Source: an uncultured Pseudobdellovibrionaceae bacterium
GTDB lineage: Bacteria; Bdellovibrionota; Bdellovibrionia; Bdellovibrionales; JAGQZY01
Direction of reading: 5' to 3'
DNA: 64,000 nucleotides
NCBI GenBank assembly: GCA_964588335.1
Contig: CAZPOV010000011.1
Location: 6,784 to 70,783 of the forward strand
A program made the translations under genes and the position numbers. The notes below the pieces were generated by a model. It was not told the DNA's origin. It worked only from the letters and a program-made list of their open reading frames with translations, and ran no database searches. Positions 19,589 to 27,916 of the stretch are shown piece after piece (the stretch's first letter is position 1; each line of letters begins with the position of its first letter).

Positions 19589-20632
19589 ATGGGTTTAAAG
19601 TCTCGAATTTACCTTTTTATTGGTCTTATTGTCACTGTGGTGGGTTTTCAAAATTGTAGTAAAATGGCGTCAACCAGTGCATCCGGCGATTCATCTCGAG
19701 TTGAAGGAGTGGCCGATGTTGAGTTTTTCAAAGGAGACCCCTACGACCCGTCTTTGATTCCCTTTCAGCTCACCAGTGAAGATGCGATCAATCAGGCTCA
19801 ATTTTATAACAATCGAAACGGATTCCGAGCCATGGCGTTTACTGAAAACGGCGAGATGTATGTCTCAAGCTCTGGTAATAACCAAAACGTGCAAGATCAA
19901 GCGGACTGGGACGAAGCTGTTTTAGAAAGATGTCAGTTACAGTATATGAACCGCCCCTGTTCGTTGTTTGCCTCTGGTGATTTGATTGCGCAAGATCGCA
20001 ATGATTTTTTAGTCAACTTCAATTCTGTGATCACAGTGCCCGAGACATTTAGTGGACAACTGATTCCTGGCAATATCAATCATTGGCAGGACTATGCCGA
20101 TCAAACCTATCCAGATATCGATCCAGGAGAATTCAAGTCCTATGCCGTTGGTCGACATGGAGCCACCCATTCTGGCTGGAGTCGTGTCAGTCAAGAAGAT
20201 GCCACTCGACGGGCGATGGAGTTTTGTGAAGCGATTCTTGATGAACCTTGCACCTTATATGCTGTTGGTTTAGATGTTGTCTTCAATTTAGATGATTATC
20301 AATGGGATCAGCGAAGGGTGACTTATGGTCCGGTGGCCTTCAACGCAGATTCGATTCCTTTTATTGATGACAGTGTACGTGAAATCATTCGAGACCAACA
20401 CAGCCAAAGTTCTTTCTATGCTTTAGCCATTGATCGATATGGTTTTTGGGAGTCGGTGCAATCAACGCAGACTATTACTCAAGCTCAAATCGATCAAATG
20501 ATAGCAGCCTGTAATGCAAAAATCCCGGCTCCAGCTCCCGGCGGAAGGGCTCGTGAGTGTTTTCTGTATTCGGTCGACGATCAAGTGGTTTTCACCCGCG
20601 AAAGCTTCACCATGGCGACTTACGGTTACTAG
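19589..20632 (+). CDS. lipoprotein with three DUF4189-like two-cysteine repeats
   Basis: Lipobox VVGFQNCS. Three blocks share the pattern F.a.A....G.......A...A...C.....C.L(Y/F)(A/S): FRAMAFTENG...CQLQYMNRPCSLFASG, FKSYAVGRHG...CEAILDEPCTLYAVG and FYALAIDRYG...CNAK...ECFLYSVD. Confidence 0.55.
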   Translation: MGLKSRIYLFIGLIVTVVGFQNCSKMASTSASGDSSRVEGVADVEFFKGDPYDPSLIPFQLTSEDAINQAQFYNNRNGFRAMAFTENGEMYVSSSGNNQNVQDQADWDEAVLERCQLQYMNRPCSLFASGDLIAQDRNDFLVNFNSVITVPETFSGQLIPGNINHWQDYADQTYPDIDPGEFKSYAVGRHGATHSGWSRVSQEDATRRAMEFCEAILDEPCTLYAVGLDVVFNLDDYQWDQRRVTYGPVAFNADSIPFIDDSVREIIRDQHSQSSFYALAIDRYGFWESVQSTQTITQAQIDQMIAACNAKIPAPAPGGRARECFLYSVDDQVVFTRESFTMATYGY

Positions 20633-20675
20633 CTTTGAAGGATTGACGAGTTCTTTGAATCGCGTAGAATAAAGT

Positions 20676-21641
20676 ATGCGTTTGGATGCCCACCCGCCAT
20701 TTATTTGGCGTCAAATGAACCAATTTATTAAAGACAAGTTGGGAAGCCCCAACAATGTTTACTTGTACCGAGGCCTTCATCACGCTCTTTTTGAAACTTT
20801 GTTGGGTCTGCATTTGCGTTTCACTCACAAAAGAAAAGTGGTGCAGAATATAGGATTCGGTGACCATCTCACCCATGTTGAATTGGAGCTGGCGAAGCTC
20901 GGAGTGCGCTGCAAAGACACCTTTGACAAAGAAATGGCAAAGGAAGAAAAAGCCGTTCTCGCCTATGTTCATGACCTAGACGATGCCATCACCGGAGAGC
21001 TCTACAATAACATTGAAACTTTAAAGCAATTACAAAATCATAAAATCTATCGCATTCATTTGGCGCATCATCTTTTTAGCCTCAATAAAGGCTTTGTGAA
21101 AAACCTCAGCGAGTTTGATATCATCATTGCATCTGTGAATAAAAACTATGCTCTTGTTTTCACTGGAGACAAAGTCACCTTGCCGATTCTGACGGTTTCG
21201 CAATTGCCGTGGTCGATCGAGACGGATTTAGTGAAAGTGGCGAAAGCGCTAGAAAAGAAAACCGATCTTTTTCAACCTGAAATTGCGCAGTTTGAATCGA
21301 CTCTTCCCGGCGGCGTGCGCCCTTGGTTTCGTGAAAGAAATGCCCGACGTATCTATGATCGTTCTGTAATTGTCTTGCAGGATCATGATGGAGCGGCGAT
21401 GATGGAGCTTCTAAAGAAAACTCTGTCTGTCGATAAGACCCCTCTGGGGGATGACAATAAGTTTGAGACCACCAGCCTGTGTCGTTGGCAAAACCAAACT
21501 TGGTTTGACCAGGCCGAGAAAAAAGGTCTGCCGCCAGAGCAAATGCAGGGTACCCTGATTCTTGACGGACAGGTGGTCAATACCGCTTTCTCACAAGTCT
21601 TCAAAGACTGTCTAAGCAAATTAGAAAGTCTCTCGCGCTAA
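20676..21641 (+). CDS. divergent class-V aminotransferase / cysteine-desulfurase-fold protein
   Basis: A by-eye alignment to IscS-type blocks gives: NVYLYRGLHHALFETLLGL ~ (I)VFTSGATESNN, GDHLTHVELELAKLGV ~ EHKAV...L...G, LAYVHDLDDAITGEL ~ (V)S.MHVNNE.G and IIIASVNKNYALVFTG ~ SFSGHK.YGPKG.G.L. The Lys is retained but other PLP-site residues differ. Confidence 0.4.
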   Translation: MRLDAHPPFIWRQMNQFIKDKLGSPNNVYLYRGLHHALFETLLGLHLRFTHKRKVVQNIGFGDHLTHVELELAKLGVRCKDTFDKEMAKEEKAVLAYVHDLDDAITGELYNNIETLKQLQNHKIYRIHLAHHLFSLNKGFVKNLSEFDIIIASVNKNYALVFTGDKVTLPILTVSQLPWSIETDLVKVAKALEKKTDLFQPEIAQFESTLPGGVRPWFRERNARRIYDRSVIVLQDHDGAAMMELLKKTLSVDKTPLGDDNKFETTSLCRWQNQTWFDQAEKKGLPPEQMQGTLILDGQVVNTAFSQVFKDCLSKLESLSR

Positions 21642-21715
21642 AACCGTCTCAATATGAAACGTGTCATTTTATAACGTCCTAAGCCTATATATTTAGAGAT
21701 AAAGCTGGGGGCTTT

Positions 21716-22636
21716 ATGACTAAACAATCTTTAATGCTAACACTTGTTGTTCCAATTCTGTTTATTCAAAGCTGTGGTCCTATAACCAACTCGGGTATCC
21801 GATTTTCGAAAGATCCTTCGGTGCAAGAGCGTTTTGGGGATATCGACTGTTTAACGTTTGCCGATAAGAAACAGGAAACCGACTGTAAGGATACCACTCA
21901 CGGTCTTTTGGGATCTCTATTTTATTTACAGGATCGAACCGATGGAGTCGTTCGGCCCGAGACCTTATTCAATCGATTCGACGAGGAAGTACCATTTAAT
22001 GCCTCTCACATTACCAGCGTCAATGTGATTCTTGAAACGGGTTATGAGGCCGACTATAAAATTTTAGTGCCTGAGGTTTTCTTCCCATCACAGATTTTTA
22101 GTGATGGTTTTCAAATTGATGACGCCACTTATTTAACAGACCACAGCGGAAAGATTCTGGTTGAAGCCTTTGCAATGGACTTAAAAGGGCGTCTGCAGCT
22201 GGCCGGTCAGCAACCCGGTCATTATTTGTTCGGACTCATTTCCGATGACGGATCGATCTTAGATATTGATGTCGATGGAGATGGAACCTATGAGACAATC
22301 GTCGACAACGACGAGTATCATTCTCCACAATTAAAATGCTCAGTCACTCCCGTCAGAATCGGCAGCAATTCGAAGTTGAAAATGCGATTACGACACTTCC
22401 AGGGACCGCGCAACGTGATCGCTTTGACCATGCTTATGAAGAAAGTGGATCCCAATGATTTTTCCGAAGATGAACTTTGTGGTCAACGAGACGCGCAGGG
22501 TGGCTTTCAGTTTTTCGGAGAGTACCCAAGTCCCGGTTATCAACCGGAGTTGGTCGATTCGCCATTTGGAGAACTTATAAGTCGCGGATGGTTTGTCCCG
22601 ACGCCAGGAATGTTCTTATTGCCTCTGGAACTATAA
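21716..22636 (+). CDS. lipoprotein with PA14-like domain
   Basis: Lipobox ILFIQSCGP. PGHYLFGLISDDGSILDIDVDG ... KLKMRLRHFQGPRNVIALTMLM matches the PA14 pattern (G.Y.F...SDDGs.L.id ... y.qg.g...l.l.w). Confidence 0.55.
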   Translation: MTKQSLMLTLVVPILFIQSCGPITNSGIRFSKDPSVQERFGDIDCLTFADKKQETDCKDTTHGLLGSLFYLQDRTDGVVRPETLFNRFDEEVPFNASHITSVNVILETGYEADYKILVPEVFFPSQIFSDGFQIDDATYLTDHSGKILVEAFAMDLKGRLQLAGQQPGHYLFGLISDDGSILDIDVDGDGTYETIVDNDEYHSPQLKCSVTPVRIGSNSKLKMRLRHFQGPRNVIALTMLMKKVDPNDFSEDELCGQRDAQGGFQFFGEYPSPGYQPELVDSPFGELISRGWFVPTPGMFLLPLEL

Positions 22637-23557
22637 AAAGCTTTTAAAGTACTCCATGGTTTCAGCCAATCCATTTTGAGCAGGGACTTCAGCTTGCCAA
22701 CCTAAGAGTTCTTTGGCTTTCTGGGTATCAGGCTGTCGCACCTTCGGATCATTTTCTGGAAGGTCGTGGTAATCAAAGCCGGCCGTGTTACCCGTGAGTT
22801 CGTTGATAATTTGGCCAATCTTAAGAACTGTCATTTCGTCATTATTACCAATGTTGACTGGCGTGGAGACGTCACTTTCCATCAGCCGAATCATACCGTT
22901 GACCATGTCTGATACAAAACAAAGACTGCGCGTCTGTTTGCCGTCACCATAAACCGAAAGTTTTTTATTCTGCAAAGCTTGCATAAAGAAATTTGGAATC
23001 ACTCGGCCATCATTAGGAGCCATTCTTGGTCCATAGGTATTAAAGATTCGGATGGTTCGCGTTTCTGCTTTTCCAGTGCGTTGATAAACGGCCGTTAAGG
23101 CTTCACCAAAACGTTTGGCCTCATCGTAACAGGATCTTGCACCTCGACAGTTGACATTGCCAAAATAGGATTCCGGCTGGGGGTTCACCAAAGGGTCACC
23201 GTAGACTTCACTGGTGCTGGCAAAAAGAATTCGAGCCTTGGTTTCAGCGGCGAGATCCAAAAGATTTTTATGTCCGTAAGAACCCACCATTAATATTTCT
23301 ATGGGGATTTTTGAGAAATCGATGGGTGAAGCCGGTGAGGCTAAATTGTAAATGCGATCATATGTTTTGTTCGGAACCTCTTTTGAGATGTCCATTTCTA
23401 TAAAATTAAATTTCGATTCTTGGTTGAGGTGGGAGATGTTTTCCATGCGACCCGTGATCAGATTATCGACGGCGTCAACACTATGACCCTCTTTCAAAAG
23501 GCCATCCACTAGGTGGCTTCCAATGAATCCGGCGCCGCCAGCAACTAAAACTTTCAT
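22631..23557 (-). CDS. UDP-glucuronate decarboxylase (UDP-xylose synthase-like short-chain dehydrogenase)
   Basis: MKVLVAGGAGFIGSHLVDGL Rossmann motif, catalytic YDEAKR, and UXS-like overall blocks (VDNLITGRMENI, ASTSEVYGDP). Confidence 0.8.
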   Translation of the reverse strand: MKVLVAGGAGFIGSHLVDGLLKEGHSVDAVDNLITGRMENISHLNQESKFNFIEMDISKEVPNKTYDRIYNLASPASPIDFSKIPIEILMVGSYGHKNLLDLAAETKARILFASTSEVYGDPLVNPQPESYFGNVNCRGARSCYDEAKRFGEALTAVYQRTGKAETRTIRIFNTYGPRMAPNDGRVIPNFFMQALQNKKLSVYGDGKQTRSLCFVSDMVNGMIRLMESDVSTPVNIGNNDEMTVLKIGQIINELTGNTAGFDYHDLPENDPKVRQPDTQKAKELLGWQAEVPAQNGLAETMEYFKSFL

Positions 23558-24868
23558 TTAAACCTCATTGAAAAAAGATTGGCGACCAATGCAATAATAT
23601 TCAAAGCCATGTTTTTTCACGTCCTTGGGATTCAAAGCATTGCGTCCATCGAAAATAACTTTTTCTTTTAAGTTGGCAACAACACCCTCGAAATCAGGGT
23701 TGCGAAACTCGTTCCATTCGGTCACGATCAGCAGAGCATCAGCTCCTTTGCAAGCGTCGTTGGCAGAATCGGCAATTTTGAAATCACTTTTGAAGTAAGC
23801 CTTTGCGGTTTCAGTGGCAATAGGATCATAGGCCACAACTTTGGCGCCAGCGGCCGTGAGTTTATCGATAATGTAGCCAGCTGGAGCTTCACGAACATCG
23901 TCAGTGCGAGGTTTGAATGACAATCCCCAAACCGCAAAGGTTTTTCCTTCGATGTTTCCATACTTGGCCATGACCTTGTCGAAAAGGACGGTTTTTTGTT
24001 TGTCGTTCACTTGATCAGCGGCTTTGACAATATTCATAGTCGTACCACTATCTTCAGCGGTATGAATCAAAGCCTGAACATCCTTTGGAAAACAGCTGCC
24101 TCCGTAACCCGATCCCGGATAGAAAAAAGAAGGATTGATTCGGCTATCAGAGGTAAATCCGGCTCGGACTTCGTCAATGTCAGCGCCGACTTGATCGGCC
24201 AGAGCGGCCAACTCGTTGGCAAAAGAAATCTTCACCGATAAAAAAGAGTTGGCGGCGTATTTGGTAAGTTCCGCTGATGTGTTCGACATAAAAAGAATCG
24301 GGTGGCCGTTACGCACGAAAGGAGCGTAAATTTTCCCCATGACTTTGGCAGCCGCTTCACTCTGACAACCGATAACCACTCGATCAGGACGCAGGAAGTC
24401 ATCAATCGCAGCCCCTTCTTTCAGAAATTCTGGATTGTTAACCACCTCATGGGGCCACTCGCTGTTGGCTGCGATATAGTCTTTCACTTTTTTACTGGTG
24501 CCGACCGGAACCGTACTTTTTAAAACCACAATTTTAGCCGAAGTGGCATTTTTGCAAATATCCTCAAGGACGCTAAAAGTGGGGCCCAAATCGGCACTAC
24601 CGTCGGCCGTCTCAGGGGTGCCAACCGCGATAAACACAACCTCTGACTGGTTCAGTGCCTTTTTAAGATCCAAAGTGAAAGAGATTCGACTTTTTGCAGA
24701 CCGCAAGATGTCTTCAAGACCGGGCTCAAAAATCGGAATCTTGCCGTCATTCAATGCATTGATTTTGTCGGGGTTGTTGTCCACGCAGGTGACCTTATGA
24801 CCCACATCAGCAAAACAGACTCCAGCAACCAATCCGACGTAACCTGTTCCTACTACAGCAATTTCCAT
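23558..24868 (-). CDS. ugd: UDP-glucose 6-dehydrogenase
   Basis: MEIAVVGTGYVGLVAGVCFADVGH, catalytic Cys block GYGGSCFPKD and NPEFLKEG. Confidence 0.9.
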   Translation of the reverse strand: MEIAVVGTGYVGLVAGVCFADVGHKVTCVDNNPDKINALNDGKIPIFEPGLEDILRSAKSRISFTLDLKKALNQSEVVFIAVGTPETADGSADLGPTFSVLEDICKNATSAKIVVLKSTVPVGTSKKVKDYIAANSEWPHEVVNNPEFLKEGAAIDDFLRPDRVVIGCQSEAAAKVMGKIYAPFVRNGHPILFMSNTSAELTKYAANSFLSVKISFANELAALADQVGADIDEVRAGFTSDSRINPSFFYPGSGYGGSCFPKDVQALIHTAEDSGTTMNIVKAADQVNDKQKTVLFDKVMAKYGNIEGKTFAVWGLSFKPRTDDVREAPAGYIIDKLTAAGAKVVAYDPIATETAKAYFKSDFKIADSANDACKGADALLIVTEWNEFRNPDFEGVVANLKEKVIFDGRNALNPKDVKKHGFEYYCIGRQSFFNEV

Positions 24869-24916
24869 AATCTTTACCTTGGCAAGAGTCCTATCAAAAG
24901 CTTAGATACAGGGACT

Positions 24917-25870
24917 ATGGTTAGCAAGGAAATACGCCTTAAGCAATGGCTTATGCCGATTTTAAAGGTGGCATTGGCCGGTGGTCTTATCTATTGGCTC
25001 ATTGCTTCAGGACGCTTCGATTTGAACGCCTTAAAGAAGATCAGTGACCTCCAGGTATGGGTCACCGGCGTGCTCATGTTCCTTTTCGTTTTGGTGGTCA
25101 ATTCCAAACGCTGGCAAATCCTCCTGCGTTTTGAAGACGTGCAAGTGCCATATATGGAGGTCTTCCGTCTGTCACTCATGGGAATCTTTTTTAATTTTTT
25201 CATGCCTGGGGGAGTCGGCGGGGACGTCGTCAAAGCCGGCTACCTCATGCGCGATCAAAAAAGCAAGCGTGTCTTCATCGGGTGGAGTATTCTTATTGAT
25301 CGCATTTTTGGCCTTTTGGCTCTTTTGCTGTACTCGGGGCTCACTGGGGTCATTTTTTATTCTCAGCTTCAACCCAACCTGCAGGCCAGTTTCCTGTCTC
25401 TTAGCGTAGTCATTCTGATTGGTTTTGTCTTTCTCATCGCCTTTTTAATCCTCAGTCCTAAAGACAAGATTGAGCTCTTGCTGCGCTCGCATCCTGTACT
25501 CGAAAAGGTCCTTCACCCGCTGTTTTTCTTTTTCCAGAGACCACAGAAGGTTGTTCTACCTTTTCTCCTCAGTTTGATCTCGCAAGGAACTGTGATCGGT
25601 CTTGGCGTGTTTTTAATCTTTTATTTGAAAATGGAGTTTCCGATTTGGGTTCTCATGCTGATTTTTCCGTTTGGGTTTTTGGCGACCATTCTTCCCATTT
25701 CTCCCGCCGGTGTCGGGGTGGGGCAGGCGGCCTTTCTCTATCTCTTTGACAAAGTCGCTGGCAATGGCGAGTTCGGCGTATTGGTCATAACCTTTTTTCA
25801 GGCTGTACAATTCTTAGTGGGCCTTCTCGGGGGCCTCCTTTTTGTGTTATACAAGAAGAAAGAGGCTTAA
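24917..25870 (+). CDS. flippase-like / lysyl-PG-synthase-TM-family (UPF0104) membrane protein
   Basis: Eight or so hydrophobic helices. FNFFMPGGVGGDVVKAGYL is the family signature. The ATG at 24917 is preferred because the tracked start at 24797 overlaps ugd. Confidence 0.65.
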   Translation: MVSKEIRLKQWLMPILKVALAGGLIYWLIASGRFDLNALKKISDLQVWVTGVLMFLFVLVVNSKRWQILLRFEDVQVPYMEVFRLSLMGIFFNFFMPGGVGGDVVKAGYLMRDQKSKRVFIGWSILIDRIFGLLALLLYSGLTGVIFYSQLQPNLQASFLSLSVVILIGFVFLIAFLILSPKDKIELLLRSHPVLEKVLHPLFFFFQRPQKVVLPFLLSLISQGTVIGLGVFLIFYLKMEFPIWVLMLIFPFGFLATILPISPAGVGVGQAAFLYLFDKVAGNGEFGVLVITFFQAVQFLVGLLGGLLFVLYKKKEA

Positions 25871-25872
25871 TC

Positions 25873-27213
25873 GTGGATCAAAAAACCAAATTATTAGCAA
25901 ATAGCATTTCGAAATTATTACGCCGGGGGGCTGAACGTAATATTCGTCGAATGATCAACAAAACCCACGATGCCGATGTCGCCAGTGTTCTTGAGGTTCT
26001 TGATACAGAAGCTCGAATCTCAGTCTTTCAGCTGATTTCCGACCCCGACCGCCAAGCCGAAATCCTTAGTCATTTGAACAAGAAATTCCAGTTGGAAATT
26101 GCCCATGTGTATGAAGTCGGAAAGTTGCAAAAGCTGTTAGGTTTTATGGACAGTGATGATGCGGCCGACTTGCTTGGAAACCTGCCCGATGAGATGTCAC
26201 AAAAGATCCTCAGTGGGTTGAATCGCGATGAACTGCAAGAAGTGGAAGAGCTAATGAGTTACCCCGAGGATTCAGCCGGTGGACTCATGAGCTCAGAGTT
26301 TCTCACCATCGATGAATCCTTTTCGGTGAAACAATCCATCGAAAAAATCCAGAGCATGGATGAAGACCTGATCTCTTTTTATATTTACGTCATCAACGAC
26401 ACCCAAAGATTGGTTGGGGTTTTGAGTTTGAAACAGCTTCTTCTGTCTCGGCCACAAGATATTTTAAAAGACATTATGTCGACCGATGTGATTTCAGTGA
26501 ATATTCAAACCGACCAAAACGAAGTGGCTCGGGTTGTTGAAAAATACGATTTCCTGTCTTTACCAGTGATTGACGACAATAACGACTTGGTGGGTGTGAT
26601 CACCGTTGACGATGTGATTGATGTGATTCGTGAAGAGGCCGCCGAAGACATTCAAGCTATGGGGATGGGGGGAGCCGCCCTTGAAGAATCCTATTGGACC
26701 CATATGAGGGCGAGAATCCCCTGGTTGCTGTTGGCCTATGCGGGGGGAGCCATTTGTTTCTTTATGCTGTGGACCACCCTGAAACCGTTTGATATCGATA
26801 ATCGCCTGCGTAATGCCATTTGTCTTTTGCCGCTCGCTTTTTTTGTTGTCTCGACCGTCAGCAGCCAGACTGTGACCATGATTGTCAGTTTTTTGCGAAC
26901 TCACGCCGCCACCACGCAAAGATCTTGGGCCGATCTGAAAAAAGAATTTGCTGTCGGCCTGAGTTTAACCGTTTTAACTTGTATTCTTTTTTTAGCTGGC
27001 GTTTTTTCGACCACACAATGGATGCACGTGCCGATTGTTCTTTCGGCGGTTTTAGGCTTGCAAATGTTGGCCTCCATCGTCGTGTCAGTGGGGTTGCCTC
27101 TGTTGATTGGTCGTTTGAGCTTCGATCCCATAGTCTCAGCGCCTTCCATTAGTATGATTCTTTCCAACATTTTTTCTGTGGGAATTTTGGTTCTTTATTA
27201 TGCCGTCTGGTAG
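25873..27213 (+). CDS. mgtE: magnesium transporter MgtE
   Basis: GTG start. MgtE N-domain (DDAADLLGNLPDE), CBS pair (LPVIDDNNDLVGVITVDDVIDVIREEAAEDI) and a five-helix C-terminal membrane domain. Confidence 0.85.
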   Translation: MDQKTKLLANSISKLLRRGAERNIRRMINKTHDADVASVLEVLDTEARISVFQLISDPDRQAEILSHLNKKFQLEIAHVYEVGKLQKLLGFMDSDDAADLLGNLPDEMSQKILSGLNRDELQEVEELMSYPEDSAGGLMSSEFLTIDESFSVKQSIEKIQSMDEDLISFYIYVINDTQRLVGVLSLKQLLLSRPQDILKDIMSTDVISVNIQTDQNEVARVVEKYDFLSLPVIDDNNDLVGVITVDDVIDVIREEAAEDIQAMGMGGAALEESYWTHMRARIPWLLLAYAGGAICFFMLWTTLKPFDIDNRLRNAICLLPLAFFVVSTVSSQTVTMIVSFLRTHAATTQRSWADLKKEFAVGLSLTVLTCILFLAGVFSTTQWMHVPIVLSAVLGLQMLASIVVSVGLPLLIGRLSFDPIVSAPSISMILSNIFSVGILVLYYAVW

Positions 27214-27802
27214 ATTTATCAATCTTCGAGCCAAACCCTTTCGGGACGCCGACTTGATTTTAGATGTAATTAGTAAAGAGGGGGAGCGTTTTGTCTTCAC
27301 CGCGAAGAACGCATTGAATAGTCGACGCAGATTCAGTGGTGGCGTTCTTGAGCCTTTTAATTTTGTAGAGATTTTTTACACGCAAGCCAAATCGGGATTT
27401 TATTACGTCCAGGAGGCGCGAGTCATCGAAGCCTTTGCGGGTCTCAGGAAAGATTATCGAAAATTGGAGTTGGCTTTCCACTTTGTAAAGTTGATATCCA
27501 AGGGGACTTACGAGGGACTTTCGGACAATAAAAATCTATTTGATCTCCTTGGCAACTCTTTAAAGACCTTAGAGTCCACCGACAGTCCCCATCTTTTGCG
27601 TTTGCAGTTTGAATTGAAATATTTGTTCTATCTTGGATTTTTAGCTCTCAATGATGATACTGGAGAGTTCATAGCCAAGCCGGTCCGCTCTCATCATGAG
27701 ATTCAATTGACTGAAGATGAATACCTGTACCTCAATCAACTGACACAAAAGCTTTTACGAGAAGTGGATTTATTGGAAAAGTCGTCGGGGCTGCAGGTTT
27801 AA
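27200..27802 (+). CDS. recO: DNA repair protein RecO
   Basis: N-terminal OB-fold pattern LRAKPFRDADLILDVISKEGERFVFTAKNALNSRRRFSGGVLEPFNFVEIFY is typical of RecO. Overlaps the mgtE end by 14 nt. Confidence 0.7.
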   Translation: MPSGRFINLRAKPFRDADLILDVISKEGERFVFTAKNALNSRRRFSGGVLEPFNFVEIFYTQAKSGFYYVQEARVIEAFAGLRKDYRKLELAFHFVKLISKGTYEGLSDNKNLFDLLGNSLKTLESTDSPHLLRLQFELKYLFYLGFLALNDDTGEFIAKPVRSHHEIQLTEDEYLYLNQLTQKLLREVDLLEKSSGLQV

Positions 27803-27883
27803 AGCATCCACTGCAGGCTTGGGTGGCCATTTTAAAAGCCAATGAGGTTCTTTATCATCACTATTCAAATAGGGGTTTTAAAT

Positions 27884-27907
27884 CATCACAGCCAAAAGGC
27901 TGCGATG
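27884..27907. terminator. hairpin between convergent recO and outer-membrane-protein genes (possible bidirectional terminator)
   Basis: CATCACAGCC-aaaa-GGCTGCGATG (one mismatch/wobble). Flanking T/A runs are weak. Confidence 0.45.
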
Positions 27908-27916
27908 AGATTATAT

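Noticed and set aside
24797-24916. Upstream extension of the flippase-like ORF, and likewise 33216-33383 for the sigma-54 activator and 44442-44594 for ribE
   Set aside because: Each extension overlaps the neighbouring gene and adds non-homologous residues. Internal starts with RBS-like sequences give canonical N-termini.
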